Below, piece after piece: positions 28,187 through 37,852 of a stretch of 64,000 bases of DNA. This DNA is from an uncultured Poribacteria bacterium (GTDB taxonomy: Bacteria; Poribacteria; WGA-4E; WGA-3G): NCBI GenBank assembly GCA_958296135.2, contig CATQHZ020000001.1, forward strand, positions 1,792,001 through 1,856,000, written 5' to 3'. Positions within the stretch are counted from its first letter, which is position 1; every line of letters starts with the position of its first letter. The notes below the pieces were generated by a model. The model did not search any database. It worked only from the letters and a program-made list of their open reading frames with translations, and was not told the origin of the DNA. A program made the position numbers and the translations under genes.

Positions 28187-30576
28187 CGTTTCTGGGACTC
28201 TATCCATTTCACGGAAAAGTGGAGCAGGTTTTCGATGAACCTGGCGTTGGCTGCTACGTCGTCTTCGGTTTGATTTTTGAGGCTGGTGACGATGTATAAC
28301 CCGTGCTGAAAGGGGAGTAGCAGCAAGGGGGAGGCTCCGTCGACATGGCTTTTTGCGAGGGATGTCCATTTACCGAGCGGATCCAACCACATATCATCAA
28401 GGCGAAGGGCTGCGCTGTCCCCATCGGCGGGGGTAACAGTCACCGCGTTCGGCACCGCGTTCGGCGCGTGGAAAATGCCTGCGCGTTTGCCGCGGGCCGT
28501 CGGTATGAGCTCGGACGTTTCGTCGCATTCAATCCCTGTCAGGGGCTCGGGAATCCAGCCGGTGCCGCGTCGCTGTTTGTAGTTGGCTTTCACGTCCTGC
28601 CCAGAGACGATGACAACGCCGCCTTGGCCGACAAAGTGCTTAATCCGATGTTCGGTGTCAATGTTGAGACGGTAGCCGGCTTTGTAGATTTCGCCGTAAC
28701 CTATCCACAAAATATGGGTTTTGGCGAGCCTGTCTGTGCGTAAATCTTGCACGGCGGTGTAAAGGAGATGATGCTGGCGTATGTATTCAAAGCGTTCCAG
28801 GACAGGGAACTCGGCCGTGGTGACGTTGCCGGTGAGTGCCATGACTTTGAGGGGCAAGGGTGTCGTGTATCTGTGCGACTGAGGGATGAAGCGAAGAGTA
28901 GGGAATGCATGGCGGATGAAGCGCAGCACGGCGGGGAAGCGGCCGTTCCCGTTCGGGGTGGGCCTGGGGTAAACAATGGGTGCCAGGAGGGTTTGCTGCC
29001 ACGGGCCTCTGCGATGTAACTGTTGAAGGAAGGTAGCGTATGTGGCTACTCGTGCGCGGGCAAAGGGAGACAGCCGCGGTTGGATGGAGAGTCCGGGACG
29101 CAGGGAGGACTCACTGCGAGAAAACGCTGTCTCAACATCCCACCGTCTGCCGTAACTGGCATCGATAGTCTTCAGATCGATGCGTTCTTCGTTGACGTTG
29201 GTGACATATCCGTGAACGACGTTCATCCCATGAATGGGTTTTCCGGCTTTGTCGGTAATGGCGATGTCTTCGGTATCGCGCTGAGCCAAGATGGCATCGG
29301 TGAGTCCGGTTAAACTGAACAATTCCGGTTGATATTTCTCGGCACTTTCGACAATGGTGCAGGTGCTGCGCGGGAACACGATATCGGCATGACGAAAGGA
29401 ACGAAAGCGGAACCCGATTTTTTTGTAGTCTTTGGGAGTCAGCGGGACGCGCGTGGCGACTTTTTCAAATGGCTCCAGCCGACGATTCGCCGATGGAGGC
29501 AGACGAAGCCGCTGCACACTGAAGGCGTGGATGTGATATTTAAATTCATAATTCTTCTCCCATTTCGGTGCATCCTCCTGAAGGGTGATGCGTCCGAGTT
29601 GGATGGAATAGGGGGTGTTGTTCTCAAATATCACCTCGTAACCTTCCGCATCGTTTCCTTCCATGCGGCAGCGGAGCCCTCTGTCATCGCGGTAATTCAC
29701 CTGTTCCACCTTGTGCGCATGCTTGTGCAGATAGCCCCATTCGTCCTTGTAACCGTTGTTATCTTTATCTTTGACATCCATGAGGGCGATGTGTTTCTCG
29801 TTGTAATCTTTGAGGATGGCGGTGTATTCGCCAGCGTGGGTTCGGACTTTGACGCGGGTGCCGATGAGGCGTTCAATGAGGCGTTCATAACTCTCCTGCT
29901 CCAAGTACGCGGCTGATTCGTCGCCGAGGCTGTCAAGTCGCTTATCGATGCCTTCCACCTCTTGTTGTTGGAGCACTTGATTATAGCGTCCCATGCGCGG
30001 GGTAACGCTCTGACGGATGCTCGTCCAAGCCATGCTGATTGCGTCTTCCACAGCCCCTCTGAGCGCGATGAAGGTATTTCGGATTTTCCGTCCTATCCGA
30101 TAAATGAGGGGTGGATGATAGACGCGTTCGAGCTCCCAAACCCGTTCGCGCAGTTCGCGTTCATTCATCGCGTCGTGGTAGCGGATGTATGCAACGATAC
30201 CCTGGTCGCGTTCTGCATTGGAAAAGATATAGCTGGGGGCGTGCCCGCGCTGGCGGGATTCTTCGGAGACGATTTCAAGCCCGGTGAATTCAAGTCGCAT
30301 GGTGCCGCGGTACCGTCGTCCATCTTTCATCTCAAAAACGACGTATTTGTCCAGCAGCTTCTTGAGCAGCGTATCCTTCTTAAAGAGTTTGATGAGATAC
30401 CCGATGCTGGCGACAAGAAACACAATGAGGATGGACACAAGGTAGAGTTGCGAGTTTGCCCAGAGACTTTTCCCTTGTTTCACCGCTTCTTCAACGACGT
30501 TTGAATCCTGGCCCATCGCGTTGGGAAGGAGGATAAAGAGTAGCGTCCATAGAGAAATGAGATATTTTCGTCGCAT
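28183..30576 (-). CDS. Hypothetical membrane-anchored protein, 797 aa
   Basis: Long ORF with signal peptide and TM helix. The C-terminal region (ILWIG, FVGQGGVVIV) is weakly GATase-like. Confidence 0.75.
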   Translation of the reverse strand: MRRKYLISLWTLLFILLPNAMGQDSNVVEEAVKQGKSLWANSQLYLVSILIVFLVASIGYLIKLFKKDTLLKKLLDKYVVFEMKDGRRYRGTMRLEFTGLEIVSEESRQRGHAPSYIFSNAERDQGIVAYIRYHDAMNERELRERVWELERVYHPPLIYRIGRKIRNTFIALRGAVEDAISMAWTSIRQSVTPRMGRYNQVLQQQEVEGIDKRLDSLGDESAAYLEQESYERLIERLIGTRVKVRTHAGEYTAILKDYNEKHIALMDVKDKDNNGYKDEWGYLHKHAHKVEQVNYRDDRGLRCRMEGNDAEGYEVIFENNTPYSIQLGRITLQEDAPKWEKNYEFKYHIHAFSVQRLRLPPSANRRLEPFEKVATRVPLTPKDYKKIGFRFRSFRHADIVFPRSTCTIVESAEKYQPELFSLTGLTDAILAQRDTEDIAITDKAGKPIHGMNVVHGYVTNVNEERIDLKTIDASYGRRWDVETAFSRSESSLRPGLSIQPRLSPFARARVATYATFLQQLHRRGPWQQTLLAPIVYPRPTPNGNGRFPAVLRFIRHAFPTLRFIPQSHRYTTPLPLKVMALTGNVTTAEFPVLERFEYIRQHHLLYTAVQDLRTDRLAKTHILWIGYGEIYKAGYRLNIDTEHRIKHFVGQGGVVIVSGQDVKANYKQRRGTGWIPEPLTGIECDETSELIPTARGKRAGIFHAPNAVPNAVTVTPADGDSAALRLDDMWLDPLGKWTSLAKSHVDGASPLLLLPFQHGLYIVTSLKNQTEDDVAANARFIENLLHFSVKWIESQKR

Positions 30577-30588
30577 GGGAAACCTCTC

Positions 30589-31449
30589 CTACTGAATTTG
30601 CACGCCGTTTTCGGCGGCAATCTGCCGCACGTTCGCCGCGGCGAGCGGAATTTTTTCCACAGGTAGATGTTCTATCAACCCGTAGCCGTCCGGATACATC
30701 GCGTCAAACCGTTTTAGGGCGACACCGAGTTCAAGTTCGCCTTCACCGGGGACTTCTTCGTCCAGATGGAGGACAAGTCCGTTTTGAACGCGGATGTCCT
30801 TGATGTGTGCCATCGGCGCGACCGGTCCCATGACATCGAAAATGTGGTTGAGTCGCGCTGCGCTGTCATAAACCTGCCGCAATGTCTGGAAATGGTTGAC
30901 AAAATCCATGACGATACGGAGCCGCGCCGAACCGACGCGTTCCACCACATCCCGGCAGGTCTCGGGCGAATCCATGATGGAGACGGCGTGTGTCTCCATA
31001 ACGAGCGTTAATTCGTGGCGTTCGGCTTGTTCGGCTATCGGTTTCAGCGTCTCAATGAGCCGCGTCATCGATTCAGACAAATAGTTGTCGCGATGCGATG
31101 TCCATGCGCCATCAGGGTTGAGACTGCCGGGCCGGAACAGATAGTGCTGCGCGCCGAGGGCTGCCGCGGTTGGCATGCCGCGCACGACGCTGGTAACAGC
31201 GGCTTCGCGAATGGCCGCGTCCGGATGAAAGAGGCACTCATCGTAAGTGATACCGAATTGAACTAGAGCGAGCTGAGCCGCTGCAAACAATTCAACACAT
31301 CGCGACACAGCATCCGGCGAAACGTTCGGGATGTCCGTGCTGCGGAAGTGGAAACTCGCGCCTGTAAAATCCAGCGCGTTGATTTGTGATAGTTCTTCAG
31401 CGGTAACGGTGCGAAAATCACTGCACATACCAACAACACCGAGTCTCAT
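30589..31449 (-). CDS. Sugar phosphate isomerase/epimerase (xylose isomerase-like TIM barrel)
   Basis: METH, MDFVN, HIKD, PGEG, IEH. Confidence 0.88.
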   Translation of the reverse strand: MRLGVVGMCSDFRTVTAEELSQINALDFTGASFHFRSTDIPNVSPDAVSRCVELFAAAQLALVQFGITYDECLFHPDAAIREAAVTSVVRGMPTAAALGAQHYLFRPGSLNPDGAWTSHRDNYLSESMTRLIETLKPIAEQAERHELTLVMETHAVSIMDSPETCRDVVERVGSARLRIVMDFVNHFQTLRQVYDSAARLNHIFDVMGPVAPMAHIKDIRVQNGLVLHLDEEVPGEGELELGVALKRFDAMYPDGYGLIEHLPVEKIPLAAANVRQIAAENGVQIQ

Positions 31450-31479
31450 AGGGTTTTCCTCCGTAATCGGGCCAATTCA

Positions 31480-34400
31480 CTATGCCTCTAACAACTGCTT
31501 GGCTACCTTCAAGTCCGGTGTATCCAACCCTTCGGTGAACCAGTCAACTATGGGCTTGAGGCGCAAGTGGATTTCGGTGGCGGGTTTCCCTTGTGCCTGA
31601 TACAATTGGCTTAAACTGATGGCCGCTCGCAATTCCCAGTATTTCGCGCCTTGTGCGCGGGCAACAGTCAAGGCTTTCTCAAAGGATGCCGCTGCCTCAG
31701 CGGATTTTTCGTCGTTTGCACTGCGGTGTTCATGCTCTTCTGGGGTTTCAAGTCCAGCGTTTGGGTTATGACGCTTTGCGCGATACAAAGTGCCTTTGCG
31801 CCTGTAGAGTTCGGCCAAGTAGGCACGTTCGCCTGTCTTCTTGACAACGTCTATCGCGGAATCAAGCGTCTGCAGTGCCACGTCAGGATGTCTGTCGCGA
31901 TGATAGGCATCAGCAAGTAGCGCAAGGAAGAAGGGCATGAGCACTTCAGCACGCATCGTCTTCCATTTCTCAATGCCTTTCTGTATCATGGCTATTCCTT
32001 CTTTAGGGGTGTACTTGTCGCCCATGGCGAGGGCCCACCCTTTCATGACGGTGCCGGCGGCTTCCCAGACAGTGAAGCCGTGTTCCTGACAGACGCTCAG
32101 CAGGCGAGTAGCGTATGCATCAACTTTTTCGACTTCGCCGCGGTACTGGTAAATCACGGTAGCGAAGTAGAGGAGCACGGCTTCGCTGAACGGATGCTTT
32201 CTGTCTTGTCCAATCTTCTCTGCTTCCCGAATCCGCTGCACGGCTTGTTCGGGGTACCCGATGCACCACAACACTGGTGCGGAATAAGCGAGCAGCGTCA
32301 TTCCTGGTTCTGCAACGTAGTGCAAGAAAGCGTGTTGTGGATGATAGTGCACAAGTCCTGCTTCAAGGTGAGTTAGTGCGTTTTTGAACTCGCTCAGGTA
32401 GTAAAGTGTTGCGCCGAGGGCGCGGTGCGCCTCTACCTCAAACGCCTGGCTCCCCTGTTGCTTCGCAATCACGAGGCACTGTTCGCCCAATTCACGTGCG
32501 GAAAGTAACCGTCCGCGCACGAGATAGGAGAGCCACAACCCGAACAGCACTGGGAAACGGAGTTTTTCGTATTTTTCGGACTGGAGCAAAGCGTGTGCAG
32601 TCACGTTTCTTTGGGTAACGCTGTCATTACGGGCAGTCCGCCGGTCGGGCTCAGGGGCTCTTAACCTATCCGCGGCAGACCGGTTGTCTTGATAGGCGGG
32701 CCCGGTGTCAATGACTACGTTCCTGGTGCTAAGAGTTGTGGCGGTATCCAGTTTATCCAAGAGTTCTCGGGCGCGGGTATAGGTTGTCTCTACCTCAACC
32801 GAGGCGTACCCCTTTGTGGCGATGAGTGCGGGGCCGAGCGTGGTTTGGAGGACAAGTTCCCGTTGCGCGCGTTCCGGTGTCGCGGGCAGGGTTTTGAGTG
32901 CAGCGAGCCCCTGCGTCAGAAAGCGAACACCTTCCACATTGGCGGAACGTTCTAATGCGCGCTGCCCTGCCTGCTGCCAATACTCGACGGCTCTTTCGGG
33001 GAGTCCGGCTTCTGTCCAATGGTGCGCGACAAGCTCTGGTTGCGCGTGCGCGATTGCGCCAAACTCCCGCGTCAACACGGTGGCAATCTGTCCGTGATAG
33101 TGCTGCCGCGTGCTTTTGAGCAGCGATTGATAGGCTGTCTCCCGAACAAGCGGATGCCTGAAGGTATAGAGTGTCTGTCTGTCGCCCGCGCCTGCCCTCT
33201 CCCGCCGGTCCAGAATATGTCCCGCCACGAGGGTGTCCAATCGGCTCTCCAGCGTCTCTGCGCCTTCCGGCGGAGTGTCCTCAAGTTCTCCTGCGGGCGG
33301 ATATAGAAATCCGCCCTTACCACTATGCAGGGCGACTTGATGGAGCAATTCGCCTGTCCATTCGCGTCCAAGCGTCGCACCGAGTTGGACAATCTCTTTG
33401 GCGGGGCCGAGCCTGTCCAACCGGGCTGTGAGGAGTGCTTGTAAGGTGGCAGGGATGTCTGTCGATATCGCTGCAGTTACGGACTCTTCTCCCTCCAGCA
33501 CCATCCGGGTGAGCTCTTCCACAAACAACGGCACGCCTTCTGTCATCTCGACAATCTGTCGCAGCGCGTTTGCTGGCACAGGCGTATCCCCAGCGAGGGT
33601 GCGAATCATCTCTTTCACTTGGCGGGGTGTCAAAGGTTTCAGGAAGAGCGTCGTCCATTTTCCGCTCCCACCCTGTAGCAGGGTGTCAAGTGCCTCCCGC
33701 TCTAAGGCAGCGTTTATCCTGTCTTCCGCCTGACCCGAGCTGTCTTGCTGTAGCACGCCATAATGCCCGGCAGACCGGCTGGTGAGCACCGTCAAAATCC
33801 GAGCGTTTTCGAGGTGCGCGATGAACAGAGTGAGCCACTCTGTGCTAGACGGATCGATCCAGTGCAAATCTTCGACGACAAAGAGCATGGGTTTGCGTTC
33901 AGCCACCTTGAGGAACACTTGCACGAGGATTTCCAACAGTTGCTGTCGCCGCTGTTCCGGACTGTTGGAAGTTACGCCCCCCAACGCATCGTTATGTCTG
34001 TCCAGGGGCTCAGTAGGCACCTCGAGCCACTCAGCGAGGAGGGCAAAGTTTCCATCTGTCCGCAGTTCTTCGGTGTCATTCAGGAAATCTTCCAACTTGG
34101 CTCGTCGGGTTTCCGGCGTATCGGTGCTGATAAATTGCAAAAGATGCTGCTGTAACAACGCCTTGATCGGATAGAGCGGACTATTCTGGTAATAAGGCGA
34201 ACCTCTGCATTCCATGATGCCGGCTTCCGCCTCAACGTATTCCTTCAACAGTTGAACGCACCGCGATTTTCCGATGCCGGCTTCGCCTTCAATGAGGAGT
34301 GCCTGGCCTTTGCCGTTGCAACTCTGCCGCCAGAGTTTCTTGAGAAGCTCAACTTCCTGCACTCGGCCGATAAAAGGGGTTAGCCCACTCTCGCGTGCAA

Positions 34401-35211
34401 CATCCAAGCGACTCTGGCGCGGAATTTCGCCGGATACATCGTAGAGTGCCACGGGCTGTGAAATGCCGCGGAGCGTGGAAGTGCCGAGTGCCTCGCAGGT
34501 AAAAAACCCTTGAACGAGTTGATGCGTGGTAGCCCCAATCACGATGCTGTTCGGGGCCGCCAAGTTTTGCACTTTCGCTGCGAGGTTCGGTGCTTGCCCG
34601 ACAATATCTATCGGCTCCGGCGCATTTTCTGCCGCCATGTGCCATACAACGACGAGGCCCGTTTCAATGCTGAGCCGCGCTCGGATGTCTACACCGAAGG
34701 TGGCGTGAAGAGAGGGATTGAGCGTGTCTATAGCAGCCACAATGCCTAATGCCGCTCTGACAGCGCGATGGGCAGCATCTTCATGCGCAATCGGGTAACC
34801 GAAGTAAACAAGGATGCCATCGCCGAAGTAGCGCGCGATATGGCCGTTTTGTGCCAGCACCACCTCCATAACGCAAGCACGATACGCCTCTAAGACGTTG
34901 CGGAGTTCTTCCGGATCCAACTTCTCTGTCAACGGCGTTGAGTCGACAATATCACAGAAGAGGACAGTGAGCTGACGGCGTTCCGCTTCTCCAGTCCGCG
35001 GATGAGGCCGCGCCCGCCCCCAAGAGGGATTTCGTATGGACTCCGTCCGGGCATGTTCGTAACTAGGAGAATGTGCCTCCCCAAAACTGTCACCTTGGCT
35101 GTTCATACAAAAAGCCGGCGTTTGTTCGACAGCGGAGAGGGACTTCCCACACTCGCCACAAAATTTAAACGGTGGATTGTCAAAACCGCAGTTGGGGCAT
35201 TGCTTGCTCAT
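31480..35211 (-). CDS. Class III adenylate/guanylate cyclase - AAA ATPase - TPR protein with N-terminal zinc ribbon
   Basis: CPNCG..CGECG, ERRQLTVLFCDIVDST, FGDG, GEAGIGKS, VEDLHWID, ARLDRLG, WELRAA. Confidence 0.92.
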   Translation of the reverse strand: MSKQCPNCGFDNPPFKFCGECGKSLSAVEQTPAFCMNSQGDSFGEAHSPSYEHARTESIRNPSWGRARPHPRTGEAERRQLTVLFCDIVDSTPLTEKLDPEELRNVLEAYRACVMEVVLAQNGHIARYFGDGILVYFGYPIAHEDAAHRAVRAALGIVAAIDTLNPSLHATFGVDIRARLSIETGLVVVWHMAAENAPEPIDIVGQAPNLAAKVQNLAAPNSIVIGATTHQLVQGFFTCEALGTSTLRGISQPVALYDVSGEIPRQSRLDVARESGLTPFIGRVQEVELLKKLWRQSCNGKGQALLIEGEAGIGKSRCVQLLKEYVEAEAGIMECRGSPYYQNSPLYPIKALLQQHLLQFISTDTPETRRAKLEDFLNDTEELRTDGNFALLAEWLEVPTEPLDRHNDALGGVTSNSPEQRRQQLLEILVQVFLKVAERKPMLFVVEDLHWIDPSSTEWLTLFIAHLENARILTVLTSRSAGHYGVLQQDSSGQAEDRINAALEREALDTLLQGGSGKWTTLFLKPLTPRQVKEMIRTLAGDTPVPANALRQIVEMTEGVPLFVEELTRMVLEGEESVTAAISTDIPATLQALLTARLDRLGPAKEIVQLGATLGREWTGELLHQVALHSGKGGFLYPPAGELEDTPPEGAETLESRLDTLVAGHILDRRERAGAGDRQTLYTFRHPLVRETAYQSLLKSTRQHYHGQIATVLTREFGAIAHAQPELVAHHWTEAGLPERAVEYWQQAGQRALERSANVEGVRFLTQGLAALKTLPATPERAQRELVLQTTLGPALIATKGYASVEVETTYTRARELLDKLDTATTLSTRNVVIDTGPAYQDNRSAADRLRAPEPDRRTARNDSVTQRNVTAHALLQSEKYEKLRFPVLFGLWLSYLVRGRLLSARELGEQCLVIAKQQGSQAFEVEAHRALGATLYYLSEFKNALTHLEAGLVHYHPQHAFLHYVAEPGMTLLAYSAPVLWCIGYPEQAVQRIREAEKIGQDRKHPFSEAVLLYFATVIYQYRGEVEKVDAYATRLLSVCQEHGFTVWEAAGTVMKGWALAMGDKYTPKEGIAMIQKGIEKWKTMRAEVLMPFFLALLADAYHRDRHPDVALQTLDSAIDVVKKTGERAYLAELYRRKGTLYRAKRHNPNAGLETPEEHEHRSANDEKSAEAAASFEKALTVARAQGAKYWELRAAISLSQLYQAQGKPATEIHLRLKPIVDWFTEGLDTPDLKVAKQLLEA

Positions 35212-35215
35212 AGTG

Positions 35216-35932
35216 CTATTTTCTGAATTGAATCAGATATTCCTCAAGCTCCGCATCGCGCGGATCGAGTTTATACGCCTCTTGATAATAGTCAATCGCC
35301 TTGTCTGTCCTGCCTACCTTCATGTAAAAGGAGCCGAGGTTGCGATAGGCGACGCTATGCGTGGGTTTCAGATCCAAGGTACGCAAAAAGTGGTCGCGGG
35401 CTTTCAAAAGAAAAACCTTAGTCTGTCCGATGAGAATGTTGAGAGAAGTCTCGTTCTCCCATCGTTCTCGATAGACTTCGCCGCCGAGTGCCTTCGCCGC
35501 TGCTTCCAGCGCGTTGGCGATAGCATCATCGCGCGTTTTCAGGTTAATGATGCCCGATGCCGTCTGTTCAAGTGCTACGCGGAGTTCGGCGAGCGCGTCG
35601 TCGGTAGAACCGCCGATGATGTCTTTTTGCCAAGAAGGCCACTCCGGGCCGGCGTATTTGATGCCCTGCTGATAATAGACTGCCCCGAGGTCATTGTAGA
35701 TTTCGGCGTTTTCGGGACGCATCTTGAGTGCCACCGCGTAAAGTTGAATGGCCTGTTCATACTTTCCGGCTTTGAAAGCGTCTTTGGCATCGGAGCGGAG
35801 CTGCTTGAACTCCTCGCTTTCCAAGTTGACAGCGATACCCAAGTCCGGCTTATCTCTGCCGAAGAAATAGATTCCGCCGATGAGCAAGATGGCGATGCAG
35901 ACAGCGATGAGTGTCGGTAATTGCAATTTCAT
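35216..35932 (-). CDS. Membrane-anchored TPR protein
   Basis: N-terminal TM helix; YNDLGAVY and YRNLGSFY TPR units. Confidence 0.85.
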   Translation of the reverse strand: MKLQLPTLIAVCIAILLIGGIYFFGRDKPDLGIAVNLESEEFKQLRSDAKDAFKAGKYEQAIQLYAVALKMRPENAEIYNDLGAVYYQQGIKYAGPEWPSWQKDIIGGSTDDALAELRVALEQTASGIINLKTRDDAIANALEAAAKALGGEVYRERWENETSLNILIGQTKVFLLKARDHFLRTLDLKPTHSVAYRNLGSFYMKVGRTDKAIDYYQEAYKLDPRDAELEEYLIQFRK

Positions 35933-36015
35933 TTTTCGTATTTCCTAGCGGTTGTCCAGCGGTATCTGTAAAGACAGCCTCTGATTCCCAGGTCTTCTTG
36001 ATGTCGTCAAGACTT
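35933..36015 (-). repeat. ~85-nt element abutting the TPR gene ATG
   Basis: Minus strand AAGTCTTGACGACATCAAGAAGACCTGG..GCTGGACAACCGCTAGGAAATACGAAAA-ATG. Confidence 0.85.
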
Positions 36016-36152
36016 ACGTTAGTATTGGCATTGAGCGTATCGGCAACTTCGCCGTGCGCGCTTTGGGCAACGCATCTCCCGCGTAAGCGGCATACGCCGA
36101 GACAACTCCCTTGCCAAGCCAAACGTGAACGCTTGGCACCTATATAAAACAC

Positions 36153-37787
36153 CTATCTCCGCCGAGAGTTTCTATTAAAAGTGACGATGATAGTTTGCGG
36201 TTCCCCATTTCGCTCAAAATAGAGCCGAATTCTGCGTTGTACGCGGATTTGTTTGTCTATCATTTTAAAGAGCTCAAGCGAGTGAATTTTCCGGTTGCCA
36301 ATCTGATAAATAAAATCGCCGCGCTTGAGCCCATTCGCCAATCCACTCTCCTTCTCAACGCGTGTGATAATCACGCCGGGCTGTCTGTATTGCCGCGCCA
36401 TTTTTAGGTCAGGCTGTTCCAGCGTGAGTCCCCACCCGTTCGGCGTGTACTGGAATTGCCGGGTTCTGAGGCGCAGTGTCGTTCGCCGCTTCTTTCGCTT
36501 TCGGAGGAACTCACACGAAATATCTTGGTTGAGCGGGAGCAGCCGCGCTACCGCCTGAAAGCTGTCTTCATTCCGGATGCGTTGCGCCGCCATCGTGAGA
36601 ATAACATCGCCGCGCTGAATACCAGCCTTCGCAGCCGGACTCCGCTTTTCTATGTCGGATACTAGAACGCCGATGTGGGTTTCAGCTGCATTTCCCAGAA
36701 GTTTTTCTGCCAATTCCTCCGTTACAGGTTGAATTTCCATACCAATGTCAGGCGGAATTACCGTGCCATACGCGGTAAGCTGTTGGATAACCTTCTTTGC
36801 TTTGTTCACAGGAATCGCGAACCCTACGCCTTGCGAACCGCCGCTCGTTGACTTGATAACGGTGTTGATGCCAATGAGCTGCCCGTGCATGTTGACAAGG
36901 GCACCGCCGCTGTTTCCGGGATTAATGGACGCGTCTGTCTGAATCAAGTCTTCACGGAACCTATTTTTGACAGGAAGCGTGCGTTGCGTTGCACTGATAA
37001 TCCCAATTGTCACCGTCGGTTGTGCATCGCCTATGGCTAAGCCAAAAGGATTTCCGATGGCGACTGCCCACTCGCCAATCAGGAGGTTATCTGAATCGCC
37101 CCACTCAATCTGCTGAAGCGGGCTTTCGTCGTGGCCCAAAGCGTTCGGCGAGCGCTGCCGGTCTTTTGACGTTTCTTCACTAGTGCCGCTGGCTACGTTG
37201 TAGCGAGCTCGGTTCCCGATGCTATTTTTGCCGGAGTCCGTGTCAATCTCTAACAGCGCAAGATCGGAAAGGTAGTCGTAGCCGAGCAGATAAGCGTCAA
37301 ATTCGCGTCCATCGGAGACCGCGACCCGGATGTTATCGGCATCTTCGATGACATGATGGTTGGTAAGGATTTTTGTGTGGGTGCAGGAAATAACCTCCCT
37401 CTTCTTCGTGACGTTGATCTGACAAACCGTGGCGGTTCCCTGCAACGACGGAAGAGCACCAATTACAATCCCTGAACCAACCTCGCGCAATGAACGCCAC
37501 CGCGGGTATGGCAGCATCTCGCCCCCGAAAAACCATTCCTCAAATGAAGTTCGCTGTTCAACAATCCGAGTTGCACTGATATTGACGACAGCGGGGCTCG
37601 CGCGCGCAACCGCATTGACGATAGCCGTTCGCCGAGATGCCTCTGCCGCTAACGTTCCTTGCGTGAATCCCGGTGGAACGATGAAAAGAGACAAGAGTAA
37701 CGATAAAATTATGCTTTTCTGTTTTTCGCGACGCGTTCGGCAATGGTTTCTTGTCATCATGCTGTTTCCTTCCCAGGTTGTCTCCAC
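36153..37787 (-). CDS. HtrA/DegP-like serine protease with two PDZ domains
   Basis: TNHHV, SDLA, IGNPFG, QTDASINPGNSGG. Start uncertain (37787 or ~37760). Confidence 0.92.
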   Translation of the reverse strand: METTWEGNSMMTRNHCRTRREKQKSIILSLLLSLFIVPPGFTQGTLAAEASRRTAIVNAVARASPAVVNISATRIVEQRTSFEEWFFGGEMLPYPRWRSLREVGSGIVIGALPSLQGTATVCQINVTKKREVISCTHTKILTNHHVIEDADNIRVAVSDGREFDAYLLGYDYLSDLALLEIDTDSGKNSIGNRARYNVASGTSEETSKDRQRSPNALGHDESPLQQIEWGDSDNLLIGEWAVAIGNPFGLAIGDAQPTVTIGIISATQRTLPVKNRFREDLIQTDASINPGNSGGALVNMHGQLIGINTVIKSTSGGSQGVGFAIPVNKAKKVIQQLTAYGTVIPPDIGMEIQPVTEELAEKLLGNAAETHIGVLVSDIEKRSPAAKAGIQRGDVILTMAAQRIRNEDSFQAVARLLPLNQDISCEFLRKRKKRRTTLRLRTRQFQYTPNGWGLTLEQPDLKMARQYRQPGVIITRVEKESGLANGLKRGDFIYQIGNRKIHSLELFKMIDKQIRVQRRIRLYFERNGEPQTIIVTFNRNSRRR

Positions 37788-37852
37788 AGTCGTCCGCCGG
37801 TCGGATCGCTTGGCTTGAGAGACGTGCCCGTTGTCAAGTCCTCCGTTTTCGA

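Noticed and set aside
35850-36152. 100-aa minus-strand ORF between the protease and TPR genes
   Set aside because: It is largely a translation of the 85-nt element (LDDIKK..QPLGNTKN) and overlaps the TPR start out of frame.
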